DNA of 64,000 nucleotides, taken from contig OZ244742.1 of the NCBI GenBank assembly GCA_965219415.1, positions 1,792,001 through 1,856,000 of the forward strand. Direction: 5' to 3'. Below the pieces are notes generated by a model. It worked only from the letters and a program-made list of their open reading frames with translations. It was not told where the DNA came from and made no database searches. This DNA is from Candidatus Marinacidobacterales bacterium. Lineage in GTDB: Bacteria; Acidobacteriota; Vicinamibacteria; Marinacidobacterales; DATDRI01. The first letter of the stretch is position 1. Every line of letters begins with the position of its first letter. Below are positions 11,650 to 21,288 of the stretch, piece after piece. The position numbers were made by a program, and so were the translations under genes.

Positions 11650-12189
11650 ATGAACGCCAACGACGCCGAGCTCGGGGCCGCCTACCTGGCTGGCGTTTCC
11701 AGCCTCCTGGGGGGGGTTAAGGAGCTCGGCGAGAAGGCCATCGCCCAGCTATCGGATGAGGCCCACTTTTATGCGCTCCTAGACAAGGAATCGAACAGCA
11801 TCGCGGTTCTCATCCGACATCTTCGCGGCAATATGCTTTCCCGTTGGACGGATTTTCTAACCACCGACGGTGAGAAAGACACCCGCAAGAGGGACACCGA
11901 GTTCGTTCAGGACGTCAAAGCGACTCCCGACGAGTTGGTCGAGGTATGGAACGAGGGTTGGGATCGCCTCTTCGAAACACTCTCTTCGCTAACCCCGGCA
12001 GATCTCCGAAAGACCATCACCATCCGTGGAGTCGAGCACACCGTGATGGAGGCGATCCAGCGCGGGCTCGCGCACTATGCGTCTCACGTGGGGCAGATCG
12101 TCTTCTTGGCAAAGCACTTCCAATCGAAGGAATGGGACTCACTCTCCATCCCGCGCGGGCAGTCTCAGAAGTTCTTCCGTCAAGAATAG
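11650..12189 (+). CDS. DUF1572 (DinB-like) protein
   Basis: SNSIAVLIRHLRGNMLSRWTDFLTTDGEK and HYASHVGQIV. Confidence 0.88.
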   Translation: MNANDAELGAAYLAGVSSLLGGVKELGEKAIAQLSDEAHFYALLDKESNSIAVLIRHLRGNMLSRWTDFLTTDGEKDTRKRDTEFVQDVKATPDELVEVWNEGWDRLFETLSSLTPADLRKTITIRGVEHTVMEAIQRGLAHYASHVGQIVFLAKHFQSKEWDSLSIPRGQSQKFFRQE

Positions 12190-12190
12190 A

Positions 12191-12850
12191 CTAGGCAGTC
12201 CCGGAGGCCTGCTTCGCACTCTTCCCCGACAAAGCGACCGCGACGCCGCCAAACAGATTTCCGACTAGAGCGGTGTACGCGATCCAAAATGTCATTTGTG
12301 GAACCACCCCGGTAACGATCCACTCTACGATCGGCGACATTGCCGCTGCGTCCGGTGCCGGCGCGTCGTAGTGCGTTCCCCAGTTGCCGAGGATCGCAAA
12401 GAGCATTACCAGCACTACGGGGATGCGCGCCGCGAGCGCATAGGCCACGAGCGTCTTGATCAACTCCGGCCAGCCCTTGCTCAAAACGAACAGTGCCAGT
12501 ACAGAGCCAACAGCGCCGCCGCCGATTTGTACAACAAACGAGCTGCTAATCGCGCCTGCTCCGACGAACCCCACTGCGATAGCGAGAATCGCCAATAGAG
12601 AAAACCCAGCCACCTTCCAACCATTTGCTGGCCCATGCCCGGCGTTGGCAAGCTTCAAAGCGAAATAGACGCCGAAGATGATGGGGAGCCAGGAGATCCC
12701 GACGATCGCTCCCCCACCTCCCGGTTCGCGGCTGAACAAGGCCGGCGCCCAGTTGTTGAGCTCGCCCACTAGTCGAAGGATGGTAACGCCCAGCGTGATG
12801 ACCGCAGGAATGAGAATCAGCTGTCGAATATTAAGGTTTGACCACGCCAT
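12191..12850 (-). CDS. Hypothetical integral membrane protein
   Basis: About 6 TM helices and a WGTHYDA loop; GGAGG RBS before the ATG at 12850. Confidence 0.75.
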   Translation of the reverse strand: MAWSNLNIRQLILIPAVITLGVTILRLVGELNNWAPALFSREPGGGGAIVGISWLPIIFGVYFALKLANAGHGPANGWKVAGFSLLAILAIAVGFVGAGAISSSFVVQIGGGAVGSVLALFVLSKGWPELIKTLVAYALAARIPVVLVMLFAILGNWGTHYDAPAPDAAAMSPIVEWIVTGVVPQMTFWIAYTALVGNLFGGVAVALSGKSAKQASGTA

Positions 12851-12881
12851 TGAGAACCTCCTTTGAGAAAGACGAGGTAGT

Positions 12882-14774
12882 CTAAACCCAGGCTTGTTCC
12901 GCCACAACCGAGGCGACCAAGGCCACGCCGGCCAAATCCGTTGGCCACCCTGGGAACATCAGAAGCAACGCTCCTGCCAACAGTACCCCGCGGGCAACGG
13001 CACCGGTCGACCGGAACAAATATCCTTCCACGCCGGCGGCCAGCGAGATCACACCGACGATTGCGGTCGCCAAGGCGAGCAGCAACCCCGGTACGGTGAA
13101 GTCGTACAAGAGCAGTACCGGCGAGAAAATGAAGATATACGGAACGACAAAGCCCGCGGTCGCCAGTTTCACCGATTGGATCCCGGCCGCCAGGGGCTTG
13201 GCTCCCGCGATGCCAGCCGCCGCATAAACCGCCAGCATCACGGGCGGCGTGAGATCGGCCAGCGTCCCGAAGTACATGACAAAGAGGTGGGCGGCCAAAG
13301 GCAGTACACCGAGCTCGAGGAGAACCGGCGCCGCCATCGTGACACAGATGATGTACGTCGGGATGGTGGGAAGCCCGAATCCGAGAACGATCGAAGCGAG
13401 CATCGTAAGTACCGCCGCGGCGAGAACCGAGCCGCCCGAAAGCGCAAGGATGGCGCCCGAAAGCTTGAGCCCGAGCCCAGTCTGTGTAACCACGCCCACG
13501 ATGATCCCGACGACCGCGCAGGCAATGGCGACGGGGACGGCGTTCCGCACACCCCTTTCGACAGCGTTCGCCAGATCGGAGACTGCGACGCCTCGCCGAT
13601 GAAAGGTCTCGGTTGCACCTTGCCTCATGTCCACCAAAGCGCGCGCCGCGCTCACCACGATCGCGAACAGAATCGAGTAGACCGCTGCGTACGTCGGCGT
13701 GTAGCCGGCAATCAAGAAGTACAGAAGCGCCGCCACCGGTAGCAACAAATAGCCGCGACGAAGGAGTAAAGGACCAAGAAGAGGGAGCTCCTCCTTGGCG
13801 AGCCCGCGATGGCCTTCGCGGGAGGCACGGAAGTGAATCATCGCCCCCACGGCGAAAAAGTACAGAAAAGCAGGAATGATGGCCGCGGTCGCGATGCGCA
13901 CGTAGGGAATCGCCAGCATGTCCGCCATAATGAAGGCCGCCACTCCCATGATGGGCGGCATCAACTGCCCCCCCATCGACGCCGTCGATTCCACCGCCGC
14001 AGCGTACGTCGAGGAAAACCCGCTACGCTTCATCAAAGGGATCGTGAAACTTCCAACCGTCACGACGTTGGCAATGGCGCTTCCGTTAATGGTTCCGAGC
14101 AATGCGCTCGAGACGACCGATACCTTCGCCACGCCGCCACGAGTCCTCCCTGCCAGCGCCAACGCGGTCTCGTTGAAGAAGTCCATGAGACCGGTCTTTT
14201 CCAGGAAGGCGCCGAAGAGAATGAAGAGAACGATGTAGGTAGAGGAGACGCCTAGCGCGACGCCGAAAATCCCTTCCGTGGTGAGGCCCGTGTACTCCAA
14301 GATCTCGGAGACCGAGTACCCGCGATGACCGAAGCGACCGGGAACGTACTCACCCAGATGCGCGTAGAGTAGAAATCCAACCGACAGGATCGAAAGGGGC
14401 GGACCTAAGACCCTACGACTCGCTTCCAGTACCAACAACAAGACGGCTGACGCTGCCACGAGGTCCCACCCGGTGGGGAGTCCCGGCCTCAGGGCGATGG
14501 ACTTGTATGTTAGAACGAAGTACACGCCCAAAACCAGGGCGAGGAGGGCGAGGACGTCGCGAACATAGCGCCTTCTTCCTTTGGACTTCGGCGTGATGAG
14601 AAAGGCCAGCGCCAACATACCCGCGAGATGCACGGCGCGATGCTGATACGCGACCAGCTCGCCGAAACGAGCGGAGTATAGATGAAAGAGACCGAGTGCG
14701 ATCGCTAGCGTCGAAGCCGAGAGCGGCCGCCAACGGTCACGGGCGGGACTCTGTTGTTTCGCCCCCGGCTGCAC
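12882..14774 (-). CDS. TRAP transporter fused permease (4TM/12TM, TAXI type)
   Basis: GTINGSAIANV, ASMGGQLMPPIMG, GFGLPT and DLTPPV. The GTG start at 14774 has an AGGAG RBS. Confidence 0.92.
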   Translation of the reverse strand: MQPGAKQQSPARDRWRPLSASTLAIALGLFHLYSARFGELVAYQHRAVHLAGMLALAFLITPKSKGRRRYVRDVLALLALVLGVYFVLTYKSIALRPGLPTGWDLVAASAVLLLVLEASRRVLGPPLSILSVGFLLYAHLGEYVPGRFGHRGYSVSEILEYTGLTTEGIFGVALGVSSTYIVLFILFGAFLEKTGLMDFFNETALALAGRTRGGVAKVSVVSSALLGTINGSAIANVVTVGSFTIPLMKRSGFSSTYAAAVESTASMGGQLMPPIMGVAAFIMADMLAIPYVRIATAAIIPAFLYFFAVGAMIHFRASREGHRGLAKEELPLLGPLLLRRGYLLLPVAALLYFLIAGYTPTYAAVYSILFAIVVSAARALVDMRQGATETFHRRGVAVSDLANAVERGVRNAVPVAIACAVVGIIVGVVTQTGLGLKLSGAILALSGGSVLAAAVLTMLASIVLGFGLPTIPTYIICVTMAAPVLLELGVLPLAAHLFVMYFGTLADLTPPVMLAVYAAAGIAGAKPLAAGIQSVKLATAGFVVPYIFIFSPVLLLYDFTVPGLLLALATAIVGVISLAAGVEGYLFRSTGAVARGVLLAGALLLMFPGWPTDLAGVALVASVVAEQAWV

Positions 14775-15714
14775 TTGTCTCTTGCTCCTGGAAAAAGCGT
14801 TCCGCACCTGGATGGAGCGGGATTGTAACATCACGCCAGCGCTCGAGAGATAGACTCGTGGCCGCTTGATGCGTCGTCTCGAGGTCGCCCCGTTTTTCGA
14901 ACAGAAGGCTCGTCAGTTCGTAGACCAGATCTTCTTCCAGACCCTCGCGGCAAATCAGAAGGTTCGTCACACCCATCGTGGGTAGGTCGGCCGGGATTGA
15001 TTTGTACGTCCCTCCCGGCAGCACGGTCGGAAAGTAGTTCGGATCGAGAGTTTGAATGGCCCTGGCGCGATCAGGCGCGATGGGAATAATCTTGACGCCG
15101 ACCGAGGCATCCAGGTCCATGACCGCGCTCACCGGGTAGCTAGCGTTGATGAAACCGGCGTCGATCGTTCGATTCTTCAGCTGTTGCACGATCTCCGAGA
15201 ACGAAAGGTAGTCGGCCTTGAGATCGGAATACTGGAGTCCGTGCCCTTCGAGAACCCGCCGGGCGTTGAATTCGGTCCCACTACCCGGCGCACCAACTCC
15301 AACTCGTTTCCCTCGCAGGTCGGACACGGTATCAATGGCGGAGTCACGATACGTCACCAACTGCACCACGTTGTCGTAGAAAGGCACCATCGCCCGGATG
15401 CGTCGATAAGGCTCGGGGTCGACATCCGTTCCCCGGTTGTAAGCCTGGTACGCCACGTCGGCCATCGTGAAGGCGACGTCGGCTTGACCTCGTTGCACCG
15501 CACCACAGTTGAAGAGCGAGCCCGCGGTGGATTGTGCGGAAGCGTTGATCCCGGGAAGACTCTCCGTGTAGATACGGGCCAACGTGCCGCCCAACGGGAA
15601 ATAGATCCCCCCGGTTCCACCGGTGGCTATGGTGAGATGTCGAGTTGGCCCGTCACCGGTGCACGAGGCGACCGGGAAAGACAGAAGGACGAGAAGAGTT
15701 ACGATTCGGGCCAC
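14737..15714 (-). CDS. TAXI family TRAP solute-binding lipoprotein
   Basis: ATGGTGGIYFP, STAGS, GAPGSGT and IPLHPGA; lipobox VASC. Confidence 0.93.
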   Translation of the reverse strand: MARIVTLLVLLSFPVASCTGDGPTRHLTIATGGTGGIYFPLGGTLARIYTESLPGINASAQSTAGSLFNCGAVQRGQADVAFTMADVAYQAYNRGTDVDPEPYRRIRAMVPFYDNVVQLVTYRDSAIDTVSDLRGKRVGVGAPGSGTEFNARRVLEGHGLQYSDLKADYLSFSEIVQQLKNRTIDAGFINASYPVSAVMDLDASVGVKIIPIAPDRARAIQTLDPNYFPTVLPGGTYKSIPADLPTMGVTNLLICREGLEEDLVYELTSLLFEKRGDLETTHQAATSLSLERWRDVTIPLHPGAERFFQEQETSAAGGETTESRP

Positions 15715-15768
15715 GCGGTGTCATGGTTTCGCATGAGAGCACGCGTGTCAACATGGTGGCAAGCCGGT

Positions 15769-15820
15769 GAAAAAATCAAAAAAAGACTTGACAGATTCTG
15801 CGGAGCAATTTCTCATAGTG
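15769..15820 (+). promoter_or_regulatory. Putative sigma70 promoter (A-tract plus TTGACA) upstream of the HNH remnant
   Basis: A-rich tract followed by a perfect TTGACA at 15788-15793; the -10 element is weak. Confidence 0.45.
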
Positions 15821-15966
15821 ATCACTCACCTGCATGAACTCCTTCCTGAAGCGCACAGTCCCTCCCTAGCATCGTTCCCTCTGAAGTCGAGATTTTTCTT
15901 CAACCCGACTCGGTTTGTGCCCGTGGACGGCGCGTGAGGCCCGAGAAAAACCCGTTGCTATATTAG

Positions 15967-16647
15967 CGTGAGGCTGAAGAGTACCTGGTCGCGCTCCGGC
16001 CAAAGCCCGTCTTTGCGCCGTCGATTCGAATGACTCCCCGTCGGTCGGCTCCGACCCTGCCTCCGACCGTACATCCTCAAGCGGTGCCTGAGACCCCACG
16101 CCCAACCCCCCGGTTGTCACCGACTATCCTCGAGCCGGCAAGACCGGAGGTGTTCAATTTCCGCTTCGCCGCCGACCACAAGTTCAAGGAAAAGTTCGAA
16201 CGCCTGGCTGAGGTCCTCGGCGTGGAAAACTCCCACCAACGCATGGCCGAGATCATGGAGCAGGCTCTGGACATCGCCCTCGACAAGAAGGACGTGATGA
16301 GGAAGCGTGCGAGGCGACGACAGAGAGTGTCGAAAGGTAACAAAAAATCTTGTCCAGACAAGGTTTTCGCGAAGTCCCGCTACATCCCCCCAGAGGTCCG
16401 TGAGCGCGTGCATGAGCGGGCCGGATACCAGCGCGAATTCCAGGGTCCGGACGGGACCCGGTGTCGCGCACGAACCGGACTCCAGATCGAGCACCTGCGG
16501 CCCTTTGCCTTGTATCGCAGCCACGATGAGAGATATCTCCGACTCCATTGCGGTCCGCACAATCGTTTAAATGCAGAGCGAGTCTTTGGTGTCGTATTCG
16601 TCCGAGAGAAAATCGACGCTCGCAGGAGAGCTTCGCCTAAACGCTAG
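15967..16647 (+). pseudogene. HNH endonuclease family protein, 5'-truncated
   Basis: The frame opens after the TAG at 15964: REAEEYLVALRPKPVFAPSIR...SRYIPPEVRERVHERAGYQREFQGPDGTRC...QIEHLRPFA...LHCGPHN. The first expected Zn-binding Cys reads Arg (QREF). Confidence 0.75.
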
Positions 16648-16705
16648 ACGGCCAGGAGCAAAACGCGTATGCTTCGAACTAGTTGACCCATCGGCGGCTC
16701 GACTT

Positions 16706-19700
16706 ATGATCGGGACCACGATTTCCCATTACAAGATCGTCGAGAAGATCGGCGAGGGAGGAATGGGAGAGGTTTACCTCGCCGAAGACACAAAACTCCG
16801 ACGTAAGGTCGCCCTGAAATTTCTGACCGGCGATCTCACCCGCGATGAAGAACGAAAGCAGCGCTTTGTTCAAGAGGCACGCGCCGCCGCCGCCATCGAG
16901 CATCCCCACGTCGCCGCCGTCTACGACGTGGATGAAGCGGAGGGTGGGACGTTCATCGCTATGGAGTACGTGCGTGGGCAGAGTCTCCGGCAAGCCATCG
17001 AAGAAAAGAAACTTGATCTACGCAAATCCCTGGAGCTCGCGACGCAGATTGCCGAGGCTCTTTCGCTTGCCCACGAACGAGGTGTCCTCCACCGCGATCT
17101 AAAACCTCAGAACGTCCTCGTCTCCGAGCAAGGCTACGCCAAGGTCATCGACTTTGGTCTCGCCAAACTTCTTGAACCTCTCACCGAAGGGAGCGAGGGC
17201 GACACTGAGACCATGCTCAAGACCCGAGAAGGACGCGTCGTGGGAACCGTTGCTTACATGTCGCCGGAGCAAGCTCGCGGGCAAACCGTCGGCGCGGCAA
17301 CCGACATTTTCTCTTTCGGGGTCGTTCTCCACGAGATGCTCTCGGGCGAGCATCCATTCATACGACAAGGCTCGCTCGAAACGTTGAACGCCATCGTCCA
17401 CGACTCTGCCGAACCGCTGGAGCTTCCCTCTGGTGACACTCCCGCGGAGCTCCAGCGCATCGTCAAGAAGGCGACGGCCAAGGATCCGGCTGGGCGTTAC
17501 CAGACCATGAAGGAGCTGGCTTTGGACCTCAAGGAGCTGCGACGCGAGATAGAAAGCGGCGAGCGTCCGGCCACTAAGGGGCAGAAGAGCTCGCACGTGA
17601 GGCGGTGGGGCTGGGCAGCCGCTATTGCGATAGGCATTGCGGCAGCGGTCTACGTCGCTGGCAAGAGTTCGGATCGACCACCACCAGGCATTGGGGCCTC
17701 GGGGAGGCCTGCCATTGCCGTCATGTACTTCGAGAACAATACGGGTGACGAAGAGGTTCGCTGGCTTTCGAGAGGCCTTCCGAGCATGCTCATTACGGAT
17801 CTCGCTCAGACGCCGGGCTTGGACGTCGTGAGCGCCCAACGCATCCAGGAAATTCTGGCTCAACTTGGGGAGGAGGATCTCGAGACCATCAAAAGGAGCC
17901 TGGTCCCCGAGATCGCCCGACGTGCCGGCGCCGGTGCGGTCGTGGTCGGAAGCATCTTCAAGGCCGGTGACCAGATCCAAATTGACGTTCAGATCGAAGA
18001 CGTCGAAAGCGGGAGAGTTCTCTCCGCGGAGAGCGTAAGGGGCGCGGACGTTTTTCCACTTGTCGATGACCTAACCGGCCGCATCCGAGCCAGCCTGGAG
18101 TTGACCGATCGGCCGGCGGGAAGTCCCATCGCTCAGGTGACTACGGCTTCTCTTGAGGCGTATCGGCTTTACACCGAAGGTAAGGAGGCCCAGGTCGCGT
18201 TTCGTATGGCGGAGGCCGTCAGGCTGTTTGAAGCGGCGGTAAGATAAGGACCCTTCTTTCGCCATGGCCTATTTCGAGCTAGGAACGATGCCTCGACGAG
18301 CGATTCGCACCGGCCAAAGCCCGGAGCACTACCGCCAGAAGGTACTCGAGAACCTCGAGCGTCTCCCCGAAAGGGACCGGCTTTACGTTGAGGCGATCTT
18401 CACAGAAGAGGAAAATCCGCAAGTGGCAGCCGATCTTCTGGAGACGCTCATCGCCCGCTATCCCGATGAAGATCGCGCTTACCGCGCGCTCGCTGGGCTT
18501 TATAAAGGCGACCTCACCGGCGGAACGTTTTCCGCGCATGGAAGCAAGCAGCCCGAGAGGGCCATGGCCATCCTGGAACGAGGCGTCCGAGCGCTTCCTC
18601 ATTCGGCTCGCCTTCGTTTTAGCTACGGTTTGAATTTGCTCTGGGACAACCGGTTCTCCGAAGCCATAGGAGAGTTCGAAGCGTACGCTCAACTGAAACC
18701 CGATGAAGCCAACCCGTATGATTGCTTGGCTGAAGCTTGCATGATTTCCGGGCAACCGGAGAGGGCGGTTGAGAATTACCGCAGAGCGATTGAGATCGAT
18801 CCCACTTTCTTTTTCGGGCATAGCGGTTTGGCTTGGGCGTACGGAGTGCTGGGACGCTACGAAGACGCTTACAATGGAGTGAGCCGGTTCACGGAGGTCG
18901 CGGAAACCGAAACTCAGGTGATCCGCTCTTGGCGTTACAACTACCCGCCACACTTCATCGAAGCTTTCATTCTCTCGCGCCTCGGACGTTTCCGTGAGGC
19001 AGAAGAACACCTGACCCAGGCAATCGTAGGTGCGATCGAAGATAAGGATGTGGAAAGACAGATCGCTATCCATCTCTTGGAGGCCGTTCTGGCGATCGAA
19101 AAGGAAGATTACGGCGCCGCGCGCGAAAGTGTCGGCAGGACGGAGCCGCTTCTTTCAGGCGTTTCCGAAGATCTCGGGCCCGCGAACCTTCCGCCGCAGA
19201 AGGAGGTGTTGCCCATGCTGGCGTACTTACTCGCCGGCGCGGCAGAGGCGCGCTCGGGAAATGTGGATGCTGCCCGTCGCCACTTAGATCAACAAATCGA
19301 GATTCACGACGCGGATAACGTGGTGGCGAACTGGTTCCATCACGCTCTCCGTGGAGAGATCGCCTTGGCTGACGGAAGCCCCGGAGAAGCCGATTCGGCC
19401 TTCGCCGCCGGGCAGCCAGAGGCCAAGATGTGGCTGAACATGTTGTCGCCCGGGCCCGGTGTTTTTGCGAACAACCTTCCCTTCCGTGACGGTTCGGCGC
19501 GAGTGAAAAAGGCGCAGGGGGATCTGCGCGGAGCGATCAAAATCTACGGCGAACTGAACACGCCGGGAATGAGCTCCAAATGGACCGCCTGGTTCGAGCC
19601 TCGCTACGTCCTCAAGACCGCCCGGCTGCTCGACCAGATCGGCGACAAAGACTCCGCCCGGACGGAGTACGAGCGTTTTCTCGAGTACTGGAAAGACGCG

Positions 19701-19751
19701 GATCCGGATTTGCCAGAGCTACAAGAGGCGAAGAAGTACGTCCGGAGATAG
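16706..19751 (+). pseudogene. Hanks-type Ser/Thr protein kinase with TM, TolB_N-like and TPR domains; 1-bp frameshift near 18241
   Basis: GEGGMGEVY, HRDLKPQN, DFGLAK and YMSPEQ. Removing one A (GTA AGA TAA becomes GTA GAT AAG GAC CCT) joins it to the TPR ORF ending YWKDADPDLPEL. Confidence 0.88.
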
Positions 19752-19775
19752 CCAAAGCAGCTATAATAACTCTCC

Positions 19776-20447
19776 GTGAAGCGGACTCTTCCCCTCCTCC
19801 TGCTTTGCTCCTTAGTCGCCGCTTGTGCCGGCCGCGGGCCTTCTCCAACCACGCCCAGTGGCACTCCTGCACCGATACCCACGCCCGGTACGACCATGGA
19901 GGGGTTGGCGTCTTGGTACGGCGTAGAAGAAGAAGGCCGTCCGACGGCAAGCGGAGAGCCCATGGATCCGGAGCGGTTCACTGCGGCTCATCTGACCCTT
20001 CCTTTCGGCACCGTTTTGCGTGTCACCGATCCCGAAAACGGCCGCAGCGTCGTCGTGGTGGTCAACGATCGGGGTCCTTACATCGACGGCCGGATCCTGG
20101 ATCTCTCCTATGGCGCGGCGAAGGCGATCGACATGGTCCGAAAGGGTGTCGCTCCGGTTCACATCGAGGTCATTCAAGTGGACCAGACTCGCCTCGCCAC
20201 GAGGTGGAGAGTCCAGCTTGGCTCGTTCCGAGACGAGTCGGCCGCCGAAGAGCTCGCGGATGAAATCAAGCGGGAAGGCCATCGTCCGGTCGAGATCTCG
20301 AGGTTCCGCAAAAGCGATCGGCTTTACTACCGGGTCTGGGTCGGCGAGTTCGTTTATCGGGCGGATGCCGAAGACCTGGCTCGGGAGTTCCGTCGTGACG
20401 GGCGGGAAACCGTGGTCATGCAGACGCCTTTCGGCGACGCTCGCTAG
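19776..20447 (+). CDS. rlpA: Septal ring lytic transglycosylase RlpA family lipoprotein with SPOR domain
   Basis: GLASWYG, TAAHLTLPFG, VNDRGPY and LDLSYGAA; SPOR motif VQLGSF; lipobox VAAC. Confidence 0.9.
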   Translation: MKRTLPLLLLCSLVAACAGRGPSPTTPSGTPAPIPTPGTTMEGLASWYGVEEEGRPTASGEPMDPERFTAAHLTLPFGTVLRVTDPENGRSVVVVVNDRGPYIDGRILDLSYGAAKAIDMVRKGVAPVHIEVIQVDQTRLATRWRVQLGSFRDESAAEELADEIKREGHRPVEISRFRKSDRLYYRVWVGEFVYRADAEDLAREFRRDGRETVVMQTPFGDAR

Positions 20448-20453
20448 GCCCTC

Positions 20454-21175
20454 CTACTTCCAGATCACTTCCATCGCAAAGAAGTGATCGAAGCTCTTTC
20501 GCTTGGGGTGGTTTCGCTCGTCGGTCTCCGGACTCCGGATATAAAAATCGATCTGCTGCGTGGCGGGATTGACCGCACCGGCCTCGGACTTCCGATCCGG
20601 CTTCGGAAAGAGCACTGCGAACGTTTTTCGCTCGCGAATGCCCTGCGTCACCATGAAATGCATCTCGTAGTCTTCATATAAAGGAGCGCCGTCGAGAGTC
20701 GCTTTGCCGTAGCCCCATCCGGCGAGATACCCGAACGTCTTCGGCCAGTTCGTATCGCCGCACCCGGAGTCACCATGCTCATAGAGATAGGCCGCGATAC
20801 CACCCGTCTTGGCACGGCGTGAACTCGTGGAACCGATCGGTGACTAAGTCCAAACGACCCCTCCGGCAATCGCAGCCGAGCGCGGACGCGTCCGGTGTTC
20901 TCGATCTCGTTGACGTCGATCTCGACCGATCCGCCCACCGCCTGCACGTTCTTGCCGTCGTTTCCCATGTGATCCCAAGGCGCGGAGTCGTAGAGACCGC
21001 CGACCTGATAGATCTTCTTGCCTTCGATGTTGAATCTCCCGTTGTAGAGGTCGTGTGCCTGCGGGCGGTAGAGCGCAATCGTGTCCCCCGGCTCTTGCTG
21101 CGGAGTCGCCTGCGGATCGGCCGAGAATTGACCGAACGCCACGAAAAGGAAGGCCGTTACCAAGCTCGGTTTCAT
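20454..21175 (-). pseudogene. Secreted hypothetical protein with two frameshifts (near 20855 and 20800)
   Basis: Signal peptide MKPSLVTAF. Coding-like sequence continues across three frames (...DRFHEFTPCQDG / GIAAYLYEHGDSGCGDTNWPK...MHFMVTQG). Confidence 0.6.
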
Positions 21176-21288
21176 ACGATAGAATCTCCCTCCTCCATTA
21201 TCTCCGAAACGAGGGCTGCAAACCAGGATTCGAGAGTTGCCTGTGTCGGAGGTGGATTCTATCTTAGGGGCGACGAAGAGGAGACCGA

